In this document: piece by piece, positions 11,263-23,470 of the stretch
Layout: the number at the start of each line of letters is the position of its first letter
How positions within the stretch are numbered: the first letter of the stretch is position 1
DNA from: Moniliella sp. 'wahieum'
Lineage: Eukaryota
Reading direction: 5' to 3'
Assembly: GCA_003971905.1 (NCBI GenBank)
Contig: RSEE01000010.1
Coordinates: 930,001-994,000 of the forward strand
Length of the DNA stretch: 64,000 bases
The notes under the pieces: generated by a model
The model's input: only the letters and a program-made list of their open reading frames with translations
Database searches by the model: none
What the model was told of the DNA's origin: nothing
Translations under genes and position numbers: made by a program

Positions 11263-14160
11263 ATGTCGCTCGAGTCCAAGGGATTCGTCGAGACGCAGAC
11301 CTTCCCCGCGTCGAGCAGGAGGCGCGTCAGCGCCACTTCGCTGCTGCTCCACCCGCCGACGCGCCCTCCAGCCGCTCCCCCGCCTGCGCGACGCCGCCCT
11401 CAAGGTTGGCAAGAAAATCGTCGACTACGACGGTCTCGAGTACCACCGCCTCGGCGTCCAGACCGTCTCTGTCAACGACTGGTTCCGCGATGTTTTTTCT
11501 AACCCCGGCGCGATGGTGTGTAACACAGTCGTTCTGTTTCCTCCTCCTCACATTGCTGACTTTTCTTTCAGGCGACCGAGTACCTCGACTCCCTCTTTCC
11601 TATTCGCCACTGGCTTGGCTCGTACAACTTGAACTGGTTCACCGGCGACATGATTGCCGGCATCACTGTCTGCCTCGTCCTCGTCCCCCAAAGTGTCAGT
11701 TACGCCGCCGTGGCTGGCCTCGAGTCCCAATTCGGTCTTTACACCTCGTTTGTCGGAGTCATGATCTACGCCCTCTTTGCCACGGCCAAGGATGTGACCA
11801 TTGGCCCCGTTGCTGTCATGTCGCTCGAAACTCACTCTGTTATCCAGCATGTACTGCACCAAACCGATGAATGGTCGCAGGAATTGCCTCGGCTCTTGCC
11901 TTCATTGCGGCGTGGTCACCCTCGGCCTCGGTGTCTCCGCCTCGGGTGGATCATCGACTATATCCCCAGTACCGCTATTGCCGGATTTATGACGGGCTCA
12001 GCTCTGACAATTGGCATTGGGCAGGTGCCCAAGCTGATGGGCATCTCAGCTGTCCACGCCAATACGCTTCCGTGCTACGTGTCGTAATCGAGACACTCAA
12101 CATTTGGGTGACACCACTTTGGACGCAGCGTTTGGTCTGCCAGCCTTGTTCATGCTGTACTTTATCCGTTGGTTCTTCAAGTGGCTCCCGACCCGTTACC
12201 CCCACACGGCCCGCTTCTCCTTTTTCTGCACCATCCTTCGGAATGCCTTTGTGATCATTGTTCTTCTCGTTGCTGCTCGTATTTGGCTTGGCAACGACCA
12301 CAAAAGAAACTGCCCATCTCGCTGCTCGGGCCCATTCCTCGTGGATTCAAAGATATGGGCAAGCCCAACTGGACACCCGCCTCTTGGGCAAACTTGGAAG
12401 CAAGCTCCCGTGTCGATCATTGTTCTCCTCCTCGAACACATTTCAATTGCCAAATCCTTTGGTCGCATCAACAACTACACTGTTGTGCCTTCCCAAGAAC
12501 TGATCGCCATTGGTGTCACCAATGTGTTTAGTCCCTTCTTTGGTGCGTACGCTGCCACGGGCAGTTTCAGTCGCTCGGCATCAAGGCCAAGTCGGGTGTC
12601 AAGACGCCCGTCGCTGGCTGGATCACGGGCATTGGGGTTCTGATTGCCATCTACGGTCTGACGGGCGTGATGCAGTGGATTCCCAATGCGGCCCTGAGTG
12701 CCGTCATCATCATGCCGTCGGCGACCTGATCACGTCCCGGCTACGCTGTACCGCTACTGGCTCATGAGCCCACTCGAGTTGGTCATCTGGTTCGCCTCGG
12801 TCATGGTTACCGTCTTCACCTCGGTGGACAATGGTGTGTACACTTCGGTTGCCGCTTCGGCAGCGCTGCTCTTGATCCGAATTGCCCGCCTCGCGGCCGC
12901 TGGCTCGGCATGGTGCGTGTTTCCCACGGCGACAACCGGTCGGCCTTTACCCGCTCTCGCACCACCGTCACTGGTTCGGGGCATGGTCGTACCGTTCGCG
13001 GCGCTTCGCACGATGGTGGTCGTCCCGATGACGGTGGTTTTGTTCCGCTGGATTCGAAGGATGCGCTCCGCGACCCGTCGGTGCATGTCGAGCCCCCTCC
13101 ACCCGGTGTCCTGGTGTACCGTTTCGAAGAAGCGTACCTCTACCCAATGCTTCTCACCTTCGGATGGGCTGATTGAGCGGGCCAAGCTGTTAACCCGTCC
13201 TGGCAAACCGCCCAACTATGCGTCTCGTGGCGACCGTCCGTGGAATAACCCGGGCCCGATGCAGCCTTGGCTGCGTCGTGCGACCGGATTCCTCACTGGC
13301 CACAAAAAGGCCGAGATTGATCAGAAGATTGCCAGGAAAACCGGACGGATACCGGCCGATTCGCGCCCGTTGCTACGCGCGTTTGTGTTTGACTTTTCGT
13401 GTGTGGGCAATGTGGATAACGTCCATTCAGGCCTTGGTCGACGTACGACGGACCGTCGAGATCTACGCCGACGCGCCCATTGAGTTCCACTTTGCTAACA
13501 TTTTGTCCCCCTGGATCCGCCGCGCCCTCTTGGCCGGCGGCTTTGGCACGGGCATGGCCCGCAAGCATGTGGTCGAAGTGGCCCCCGTCGTGCCCAATGC
13601 GACGCCGGTCGCGCTGGCCGAAGAGCCACAACGACGCGCGGATGAAGACCGGCGACGCAAAAAGGGCATTGCACGAATATGGCCCTGCGCGACCGTGCCT
13701 TCCGACGAGCCAACCACGCCCCGCCGACTCGAGCTTGTTCCACCTTGATGGGGACCAGTACTCGGACGAGTACCTCAAGATGTCGGCTGCACAGAGGAAA
13801 CAGGCCGACCTCGAGGCCGACCTGGCTCGGACCCGCCCACGCGACGCAGATGCCATCGCTCAACTCCCGCGCGACATTGAGGAGGACGAAGAGGAAGGGC
13901 GAGGGCGAAGTTCAAGTCCCCATTGTCTGGGACAACGATCTACCCCCCTCTTCCACCTCGACTTGGCCAGTGCCGTCGAGGCTGCCGCCGCCGCCGACCC
14001 GGAAGACGCCCTCCCTCTCGCCGAGGACTCGGAAGGAAACCTTATCCTCCCCTCGGGTGAAGGCACGAACCCCAACTGCAGCTCGCTACTGCCGCCCAAC
14101 TTCCTCGCCGGCTTTGAAGGCATAAGTGAGCATGCGCTTTGGACAGAGGACGCTGCATAA
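11263..14160 (+). CDS. Sulfate permease, SulP/SLC26 family with STAS domain (frameshifted)
   Basis: GDMIAGITV..VLVPQSVSYA, FGLYTSFVG..YALFATAKDVTIGPVAVMS, AIAGFMTGSA, LLEHISIAKSFGRINNY..SQELIAIG, ATGSFSRSA, PPPGVLVYRFEE, RPWNNPGP, FHFANILSPWIRRAL, PLFHLDLASAV. Intron 11516-11571. Confidence 0.93.
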
Positions 14161-14636
14161 CCTCTCTCTCAATTTTGCATATCTATTCCCCCACCCCTTG
14201 GTCTTGCTGTGGTACCCAGTAATCCCCCTGGGCTCGGCCCATTCCTTGTTGATCACACACTTCATTTATGTACTTGCCGTCGACGTGTGCCTGTATTGGT
14301 GGTAGCCCTTGTTTGGGGAGCGGGAAACAAAAGTAGACGATCTGACCGGTAGCACGGACGTTATTTGCCTTCATTTCTCCTGGGCGCGATCGGGCATTGG
14401 AGTTGGCCCGTGTGCTATAACTCAGGACGCCGTGCTTGCCATGCGCCTGAATGTGATGTTGCCCCGCGCAAGCAGGCTCCCTCTCGCCCATGCGGGTGAT
14501 GCTGATAGAGAGGGATGGGACTGGTGGATCGAGCAGTGACGATGTTGCCGGGGTGTCAAAGGGAGGTGCGGGCGAACCTGGTCAAAAACAACTCATGGTT
14601 CGGACACCAATATTTCTTGCTTGGAACGCCAAAAAT

Positions 14637-14736
14637 TGATCGAACCCGGGATCGAACCGGGGACCTTACGCGTCTCAACGAGACCTGTTGCTCCAGGATG
14701 TGAAGCGTACGTCATGACCAGCTAGACCATCCGACC
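14637..14736 (-). tRNA. tRNA-Val(CAC) with 26-nt intron (14673-14698)
   Basis: Acceptor GGTCGGA/TTCGATC, anticodon stem TACGC/GCGTA with TT-CAC-A[intron]C, GGTTCGATCCC, and downstream TTTTT. Confidence 0.93.
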
Positions 14737-14830
14737 GTGTGTTGGATGCCTCGTCGAAATGTGTTGGTGCCCTTCCTCCTTCAGGTTACCTATGCCACCA
14801 CAACGAGACCATTACATGTCCAGTAGATCC

Positions 14831-16462
14831 ATGCCGCAAACGCCGCTCTTTCTACCTTGCAAGAAGGCTCTTCAACTGCGGCTTCGTCTCATCGCCCCCA
14901 AGCTCGCTTTGAACAGTCCCCAGCTATTGCCTGGGACGCCTCTCGCCCTCGTCACGACAACCCGTCATCGATCATCCGACTCGCAGCCCTTGTGGCTCCA
15001 ACGTATTGACCTTCGTCGTCCTCAGGCGCCGAGGCACAGCGATGCGGATGCAACGGAGGTTGGGGTGGGCCATGACGCTGTCCATAAGCGTGCCACTTCT
15101 TCCGACGACCATGCGAACGAAGAGGAGCAAGAGCAGCCTGAGGTGGAATTATCGACGCTTGTATCGCTTGTCATCCAGCAAGGCGCTGTGGGTGCTCGGT
15201 CTGGTATGGCGCGTCGCGCACGCTGACAATGCTTCGGATACCCTCCTTGGCGCCATTCTCAAGCAGTATAACACCATGGTGATTGAACCGGTACCAAATG
15301 TGGGGGCAAGAACATGTACATCAAGCAAAACGCATTGATCGTGTATGTGCTGCACCTCAATGAGTGTTGTTTGCTCTTTTGGCGCTAACCCTCTCTGCCA
15401 AGGTACATGGCTCAGAGCCGCTGCTTTGTCCCGCAGACTCGGTCACCATGGGCATTTGCGATAAGACTATGGCGATTTCCCAACGGCGTGTGGTATGCAT
15501 TGTCGAGTCGGCGACTCGGGTGCAGGGCAGCTTTCTAATCGATATGGTACAGGTATCCTTTGCATGCGCCAGGCTACACCTCGCTCTCTTCTCCTCGACG
15601 AGGTGGGCACAGCCACCAACAAATTGGGTATGGGCACCCCCTTCCTCGTTGCGTCTCTTGCGTCGTCAAATGCTAATAATGCCCCAAGATGGCGCCATCT
15701 TTACCGATCGCCGAGGACGTGCTTCTGCCTGGCCCGCAGACGCCCAAGACCATCATCGCAACCCACTACTACGATGTCTTTCTCAATGGTCTCCTTCGTG
15801 ACGCCTAAGACAACGGCCTGCGCCAGCTCCCCTTTACCCCGGCGCACATGGAGTACCCCGGCGCACATGGAAGTCCTCTTTCCCCAAGGCGGGTCGGCGC
15901 GATATGGAACCAGGGTCACAGCTGGGTTTGCCAATGTGTCGCACGCGGCCCATTGCGCCCGTCTGCTCGAGTGTCCGCTGAGATCGTAGCGCGGGCCGAG
16001 TATGCGACCAGCTTGCTGCACCACGGCAAAGAAGCGTGCCTCGCATGGGAAGGGCATGACACTGCGCCCTCCGAAACAGCGTGGACCAGCCCGACACATG
16101 GTCGCGCCTTACGTTCTGCCTCTTCCTCGCCGGGAGACCAAGCGGTACAAGAAGAGAACGAGCAAGAGCAAGAGCAAGAGCAAGAAGGCGAAGAGGAGAT
16201 GGATGACTTGGCGCCTCTGCTGAGAGACAGGGTACTAATCTCCCCGCTTCAATGGCTGGAGCAGATCATGCACCTCATCCCGCCCCTCCTCGAGACCGAT
16301 TTGGAAAGACGCGTTGCGGCGCTGCCTACCGAAGACGAAGAAGAAAGCAAGGGGTTGAACAGGGCGAGACGCCTGAGGCAAGTCCGATTCGGGAGTGGGT
16401 ACGCTGGCTGGGGGCGCAGGGGCCGTGAGGAAAGGATGCATGGGGTCGTGGTATTACTGTGA
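14831..16462 (+). pseudogene. MSH5: MSH5-like MutS homolog, apparently internally deleted or degenerate
   Basis: MutS domain V motifs in shifting frames: degenerate Walker A (TGTKCGGKNMYIKQNALIV), FVPADSVTMGICDK, ESATRVQGSFLIDMVQVS, ATPRSLLLDEVG, ATHY, HMEV, SHAAHCARL..IVARAE. The span is far shorter than a full MSH5, with no room for the core/clamp domains. Confidence 0.6.
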
Positions 16463-16554
16463 CGTGGCACGGTTGGTAGCTTGCAAGTTAGGCGAGACTG
16501 TCATAGGCGGGTGGGGAGCCGCTAGGGACTTCGCGTACCCCCATGCGAGCCAAG

Positions 16555-18969
16555 TCAGAGACGAGGCCCTGCGCCACCGGTCCCGAGTGCGCCGGCGTCG
16601 TCCGGCCCGATCCGCCAGGCGTGGGCGCGAGCGGAACGCCAGGCGACGGTGTGGGGGGCAAGTTGTCGCGCGTGCGGCTGGAGCGGGCGAACAGCGCACC
16701 CGTCCAGGCCGGCGGCGGTGGCCGCGCCGCCGCAGTGCGCACAACGGGCGTGGAGTAGGAGCGTAGCATCTCCGGCCGCTTGGGGGGTTCGCAGGCGACC
16801 AGGGCGGGCTGGAGATGGGGGTCGTGGCTTCCGAGACGGGCACCGAAGCTGCCAAGGCCGAAGCTGATGTTGACGCCGACGCAGATGTTGCTCCGCTATC
16901 GCGCTCCACGCCGCATCGTCCACCGGCGCATATTCGCCAATCTTGCCATGCGACCGCACTTCGTTGACTGGCACAGGGTAGCCGAGGCCCTGGGGCAGCA
17001 TGTTGCGCTCCTTGGCCTCCAAATCCGCAATGCTCATCCCGCACACGCACTGGTCGTGTCCCGCACCCTGGAACGGCGCGGCAGCCACGGACCAAGGCGA
17101 TTGGGTAGCATTGTCGTTGCTGGCCAACTCCTCGGGCACGCGGTACATGTGTTCCAACGTCGTGGGCGCGTTCTCCTTCTCCTCGTAGGGCAGCGTCACG
17201 GCATTGTACGCCACACAGCACGAGGGAATAACGACGGGCTGCCGCAGTGCATACACCTTGAGCTTGCGCTCCGTGCCCGCCGGGTGGCCCTCGGCAACCG
17301 GGTCGCGCGAGTGGATGACCTCGACGACGAGTTGATGCGAAAATCGATATCGGCCTTGCCCGGGCAGGGTGGTGGGACGGGTGGTGTTGTCATCGGGGAT
17401 GCGCGCCAGGCCCTGGACCGACCAAGAATCTTGTGTGCCACTCCACCGAATTGCCGTTTCTCGGATCTTGTCACTCTCCATCTCGCCCGCCTTGTGTGGC
17501 GCGGCCCCTTCTCGAACAGCCGGACGGGCCGGATGCGCGTCGTTTGCCGCCCGCGCTTGGACGTGTAGAGATCCACGGTGGTTTCGAGCGTGACGCGGAC
17601 CTGGTCACAATCAAATCCGTTGGCGAGTCGGCGAATGGACATCAATATTGAAGATGCCGCCAACCGAGATGGAGTTGGCCGTGCAGGCCACCGACAACAC
17701 ACCGCCCAAGCTGTCATGCCAGTCGTGGTACAGCACCGATAAGGGCGTATTGGGCGACTCGGACGAAGGCACGGCCATGGGGAAAATTTCGCGCACGGCA
17801 TCCACGTTGCTCTTGGCTCTCCCGCCGCCAAAAATGGTCGCCTTGATCATGTACCGCACGCGGCCATAGGACGAACGCTCGTACGGCGCGCAGTTGGACG
17901 GAAGGATAAACGCAAACTCGAACCTAAATAACGGTTAGCGTCAGTTTGTGTGGGTGAGACGCTACAAACGGGGGGGCGGGGGGCACGTACCCATGGATGC
18001 CCTTGGCGACAAACATGCCTTCGTCGGCTTCCGCGTCCATACCTTCTGCCCCTTCCTCCACCAAGTCACGGGGAAGATGTATGTCGCGCGTCTTGGACGC
18101 GGCCCGGGAAAAGAGCCCGACCGAGGGCGACCGGGACCCGAACGGAGTCTCGTCCCGTCCGCTGGGCCGCAACACAGAGCGACCCCGCGCTTCGTCCTCA
18201 TGGTCCTCAAAGGGGTGGTGCGTCACATTCTGCCGTCCTGGAACGGGGTGGATACCAGTTCCCGCCCCCAGTTGCCGGGGGGGTTGCGCGCCCGGCTGCT
18301 ACTCCGTGGAGAAGGGGGACGAGCCGCCTTGCTCCTGCTTCGTGAAGGGGAATTGCGAGAGGAAGAGTGGCCCTCAATGCCGCCGCAAGCGCACCGGCAA
18401 ATCCGGTGCCTGCAACAGACTCGCGCGAGACTTTCCTTCCTCGATCTTCTCCTTCGGCACCTCGAGCGTCGTCGTCCGACTCGGATCCCCTGGGCGTGGG
18501 AGAAGCGGCGCGAGAGACGGGTTGGGACGGGGCGGGAGGCAGTGCGCGAAGGCGCGTGGTGGGTGGGTGGGAGCGAAGCAGGAGGCGCGCGGCTGGTGGA
18601 GCGACTCGGAGCTCGACTCGTGGCCCGATGGGCGCACGACTGGTGGAGCGACTGGTTCGGCCCTTGTGTTTGGCCACGCCCAGCTCGAGCGTCTTGTCAA
18701 GGATGACGCGCTCGTCAAAGCCAGTGGGCAACTGGGTCGCCGGGTCGAGGATGCCCACCATCTCCATCCCCTTGATGCGCACCTTGAGCCCCCCAATGGC
18801 GCGGTCGCTCGGCACGCGCACCTCTACCAGTCCGCGCACCAACTCATCCTCGCTCTTGGGTGGGTCCAAGGAGGTGGGGCGCGACCGGTGGTGCGGGGGG
18901 GTGGACAAAAATGACATTCTGCAGCAAGTGGAGCTTGATGTCGCACGGCTGGAAGAGTGTCGAAAGCAT
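16555..18969 (-). CDS. Arrestin-like (arrestin_N) protein (frameshifted; 3' end approximate)
   Basis: LHLLQNVIFVHPP, LVRGLVEVRVP..IGGLKVRIKG, KGIHG|FEFAFILPS..APYERSSYGRVRYMIKATIFG, ARIPDDNTTRPTTLPG, FSHQLVVEV, PVVIPSCC. Intron 17924-17990. Confidence 0.7.
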
Positions 18970-19509
18970 CTTCTCGCCAGGGAGTGCGCTGGCGGAGAGC
19001 GGCGGCGGAGGAGGAGGAGAGGGGTCGCTGTGGTGCGGGTGGAATGGCGGAGAAAGAAAGGACCAGCTGTACGTGTTGCGGGCGTGGACGGGTGGAGGTG
19101 GTGGTGCACTAAAAAAACGGGCTTGATAAGAAAGTGCCCACGTGCGTGTGTCTGGCATGGCAAGCACGCAACCAGTCTGTTGCCGGGCAGCGCAGGGGCA
19201 GTCGTCGCGTGGTTGTCCCGCTTACTGTGGGTTTCTGAAACGGGGCGTAGCCATTTCCCCGTTGCGGCGCCGTGCGTGGGCACGCGTCGCTGCACGGGGC
19301 CAGTGTGGGGCCAGGTCCTCGCCGAATTGTCCGGGGGTGGAACCAACACGCGGACCGGCCGACGGAAGGTCGTGGGTTCGAGCCGGGCGATCGACCGGTG
19401 GTGGCAGCACAAATGGGAAGATGCGGGGGGCAGCCGGAGTTGGGCGGTGCGGTGGGTGCCACGTGGCGCGCGGCGCTGCACCACCAGCGGCGCTCAGACG
19501 CGGCTGCGG

Positions 19510-19655
19510 TTCGCTTCTCTCTTCGCTTCTCTCTTCGCTTCTCTCTTCGCTTCTCTCTTCGCTTCTCTCTTCGCTTCTCTCTTCGCTTCTCTTCTCTCTT
19601 CGCTTCTCTTCGCTTCTCTCTTCTTCGCTTCTCTCCTTTTCGCTTTTCGCTTCCC
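19510..19655. repeat. 12-bp tandem repeat (TTCGCTTCTCTC)n, about 6 perfect units then degenerate units
   Basis: Directly visible. Lies just upstream of the ALG5 ATG in the divergent arrestin/ALG5 spacer. Confidence 0.95.
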
Positions 19656-19695
19656 TCCACTCCGCTCCTCTCCCCTCGCTTGCCCGACTGCCCCG

Positions 19696-21148
19696 ATGGC
19701 TGCGCCCTGCTGTGCGTCGGGCGGCAGTGCGGCTGCCGGCGCGTCTGCCGCGTGGGTGGCTGCGCTGGCCGCGGGCGTCGCGTCGTCTGTGTGCGCGGGC
19801 GCTGGGCGGCTGTCGTCGGACCCGCGCGTGGCGGCGGCGCTGGTGCTCGCGCCGCTCCTCGTCCTCCTTCTCGCCACGCGCGCGCTCCTCGTCCTCGGCA
19901 CGCCTGCCCCACAGCCCCTCTGCGCCTCCGAGCGCACCTCCGCTCCGCCCCCCCCGACGTCGCCGCGCCGCTGCCCCCGCGCTCTCCGACAGCGTGCGTG
20001 CCACTCAGGGCGACGTGGACGTGTCGGTGGTCGTGCCTGCCTTCAACGAGACGAAGCGCTTGCCCCAGATGCTCGACGACGCGCTCGCCTACCTCGCCTC
20101 TGACGCCTTTGCCGCCGCCCTGGCCGCGCTGCCTGCGCATCTGCGCGGCCGCGCTCCCACCCCCGAAGTGCTCATTGTCGACGACGGCTCCTCCGACGGC
20201 ACGGCCGAACAAGTGCTGGCCTATGCCCGCGCCCACCCCGCCACCGACATGCGTCTCGTTCGCCTCGAGCACAACCGCGGAAAGGGCGCCGCAGTGCGGC
20301 ATGGCATGCTCCATTCGCGCGGCCAACTGATCCTGTTTGCTGATGCCGATGGCGCCACTCGCTTCTCGGACCTGGGCCGCCTCATGGCCGAGATGGCGCG
20401 GATCGCGTCGCCGGCCGGATACGGTATTGTCGTTGGCTCTCGTGCTCATCTCGTTGGCAGCGAGGCCACGGTCAAGGTGCGTGTCTGCTTTGCTTTGCTT
20501 TCTTTTTCCCTCGGGCGTGCTCTTTGGTACGATGACTGACGTTGTTGTTAGCGCTCGTGGGTGCGCAATCTGCTCATGTACGGCTTCCACCTGCTCCTCT
20601 CGCTGCTCATGCACCCACCCTCGCTGCCTGCCCTGCCCTGGGCACCAAGGGGGAAATCGCTTCCGGTCCAGCCGGCCATCGCAGACACCCAATGCGGCTT
20701 CAAACTCTTCACACGCCCCACCGTGGCCCACCTGTTGCCGCTCGCCCACATCGATCGGTGGATCTTTGATGTCGAGCTGCTCCTCCTGGCCGAGATGGCG
20801 TCCACGGCCTCCCTCGCCCAGCCCGAGGTGGCACAAGCCGCGCTTGCCGCCCGGCGCGTGCCAGCCGCGGCAAGCACAGCCGAGGACAAGGAGGTGGAAC
20901 CGGTACGGACGCCGCATGGGGCCCCCGCCCCCGCCCGAGAAAGTGCACCTGCACTCGATGCGGGAAGAAGACGAGGTGGCGCGGCTGCCGTTGCCGATTG
21001 GGAGGTGGCGGTGGACTGGCACGAGATCTCAGGGTCCAAGGTGGACTTGTTGCGCGACTCGGTGCGCATGGGCCGGGATTTGGTGGTGTTGCGCTTAAAC
21101 TATGCACTGGGGCGCTGGGCGCGACCTAGGCCCGTGCCTATAGCGTAA
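19696..21148 (+). CDS. ALG5: Dolichyl-phosphate beta-glucosyltransferase (GT2)
   Basis: VSVVVPAFNETKRLPQML, EVLIVDDGSSDGT, NRGKGAAVRHGMLHSRG, LFADADGAT, VGSRAHL, VK|RSWVRNLLMYGFH, DTQCGFKLFTR, WIFDVELL, EVAVDWHEISGSK. Intron 20477-20551. Confidence 0.93.
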
Positions 21149-21299
21149 CTTCGTACCCTGTACCCGTACCCTATGGGCAGCCCCCCACTGCACAATTCCC
21201 TGATTCATTCGCTCGTTTCTTCTCTGGCCCGGTTGCTTCTTGGGCCGTTTCTACCCTCATAGTGTAGATGGATGGGCAAGAGGTATAGATTAGATCGGA

Positions 21300-23268
21300 C
21301 CAAGGGTATGCTATGGCGAGGACAACCAGATTCCTCGGTCTTCCGCCGCTGCTAGGGGGAAACAAGCTGCCCCGTCCATATCTGCATCGGCCAACGCCAA
21401 GGGATCGTCCGACGACGGCTCGGCTCCCAGCTCGGACACGAGCGTCTCGTCCCCGCTCCCTCCGACAAGGGGGGCGGCCCCACCGCCCGGCTCCCGGGCG
21501 CACCCAAGGCGCGTGGTTCCTCTCCTCGTGCGCCGCAACCGGAGCGGGGTCCAAGTCCGAGACCGGGACGAGTAGCTGGGCAATCTGGTGCAGCCGCTGC
21601 GCCTCGGACAGGGCCGGATCCCACTCGCCCAAGACCAGAGCGAACAGCGTTTGCAGCCGGGCCAATGCATCGGGCAACAAGGCAAACCGCTCGGCCATGC
21701 CGGCCCACTTGTCTGCCTCGTGCTCGTGCTCGGCGTCCTGCTCGGCGTCGGGCGCAGGTACGGGCGCAGGCACGGGCGTGGGCAAGAGCGAATCAAAGTC
21801 GTCATCATCGTCCGTGTCAGCCAGGTCTTCCCACTCTTCCGCCTCGCCCACCAAGAGGGGACGATCGGCTGTTCCCTCTTGGGCATCCTCTGGTCCTGGG
21901 TCGGTTGGATCGTTGGGGTTGCTTCGGTCGAGTCTTGGCGCACGGACCACTTCGCTCGGTGAAGACGTCTCAACCACCGATCCAGGCGGAGACGGGGCAG
22001 AGGGACACACGTCCCTCGTGCGCAGCGAGTAGCGCCGGCTCACCCCCCTCGTACCACCGCCGCCGGCGCGCGGAACTCGTCGTCGAAAGGGTCTGACGCA
22101 GGCAGCGGAACAGGCCCGAACACGTCAAGCTCCATCGGCTGCGTCCCACCCCGACCCCCACCCCATCTCCGTCTCCATCTCCATCTTCCCCCGGTTGACG
22201 TAGGCACCATCTCGTCCGGCTTGGTTTTCCGACGCTTCGATCGCGGTGCTGGGCCGGGCGGGACGGGAAGACGCCGTTTGGACAGGGTGTCAGACGCAGC
22301 GCCTGTGCCGGTGCCTTCGGGTACAGAGTTGGCCGTGCTAGACAGGTCGGGGGGAGGGTGGGTCGTCGTACCCGCGTCGTGCGGGACAAGGGACGTGTCC
22401 TGGGTCGCCTTGAACGCCAAGGCGCGCTTTTCCCCGCCTCGGATACCGGGGGTGCGACGAGCGGGGACCCGTGAGGCAGCGCGGCCCTGGCTCTTGTTCC
22501 GCCGGGTTGGCGCAGGCGCGTGGGACTGCGGGGGCGGGGGCGGGGCGGTGTCGGGTGTGGTGGGTTGGAGGGCAGGACCCAGAACGCTTGTCTCCTGCCG
22601 CGCAAGGTGCGGGTGGGCAAACACACGCGTTCGCGTTCGTGTCCGGAGCCGCATGCGGCGTTTCCGAGGGCGCGGCGAGCGGACGAGCGGGCAGGGGCGA
22701 CGAGGGCGCCAGCTCGGGCTCCGCCTCGCCCGCCCCGCACGGTCAAGAGGACGGGGGGTCGGGGCCGGGCGCACCGTGCGCGCGGGCGGAGCCGGCCGGC
22801 GTCGGCGGATCCAATGTGCGGGGAGGGGCAGCGGAGGTGCAGGAGCGCGTGCGCGCGTGCTGTGCGGCAGCCCTGGCAGCGCGGGCGGGGGCAGCGGGGC
22901 GGGCAAGTCGAGGCGCCGCTCGGGCAAGAGGGTGGCGTGGCGCGCGAGACGCGCATCTCGTCCGCGTCGCGCGTGGGCAGCATGGCCACGGCCAGGGCGC
23001 GGAGGAGGCGCGGGGGCGGGTGGGGTGCGCGGCGCGTGCGACAGCCACCAGGTCGGCGAGCGTGCGGCGCTCGTGGCTGCTGAGCGCGTGGCGGGCGGGC
23101 GGGCGGGCGTGGCGGGCGACGAGGCGGGCGCGGCCGGCGGCGGCGACGAGGGCGGCGACGACGGGCGCTCAGACGGCACAGGCGCACGGGCCCACACAGG
23201 CGCGGTGCCTGCTGCGGGCACACCACCACGCCGGGCGCGCCGAGGCACCACACCCACTCCGACGCCAT
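21300..23268 (-). CDS. Hypothetical Pro/Ala-rich protein (frameshifted; boundaries uncertain)
   Basis: Long overlapping minus-strand ORFs with acidic stretches (EEWEDLADTDDDDDFD) and a helical C-terminal block (WAGMAERFALLPDALARLQTLFALVLGEW). It fills the gap between ALG5 and cactin. No family recognised. Confidence 0.4.
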
Positions 23269-23470
23269 TTGTAGTAGCGGTGGTGTCCATCGACCCCATC
23301 TCGGCTTGACGCGACGTGGTTGGCGCGGAGCACAGCTGGGGTAAATCCACGCGCATTCCGCACCGCACGCGCATCGCGGAATCCCCCCGGCAGTCCTACT
23401 TGAGGCCTCAGTTGAGGGCCCTCCTTGTATCCGCAGCAATTAATGAGGCTACCCCGCCACCACCAACACC

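Noticed and set aside
19510..19655. CRISPR-like array
   Set aside because: The units are directly abutting with no unique spacers, and the context is eukaryotic with no cas genes.
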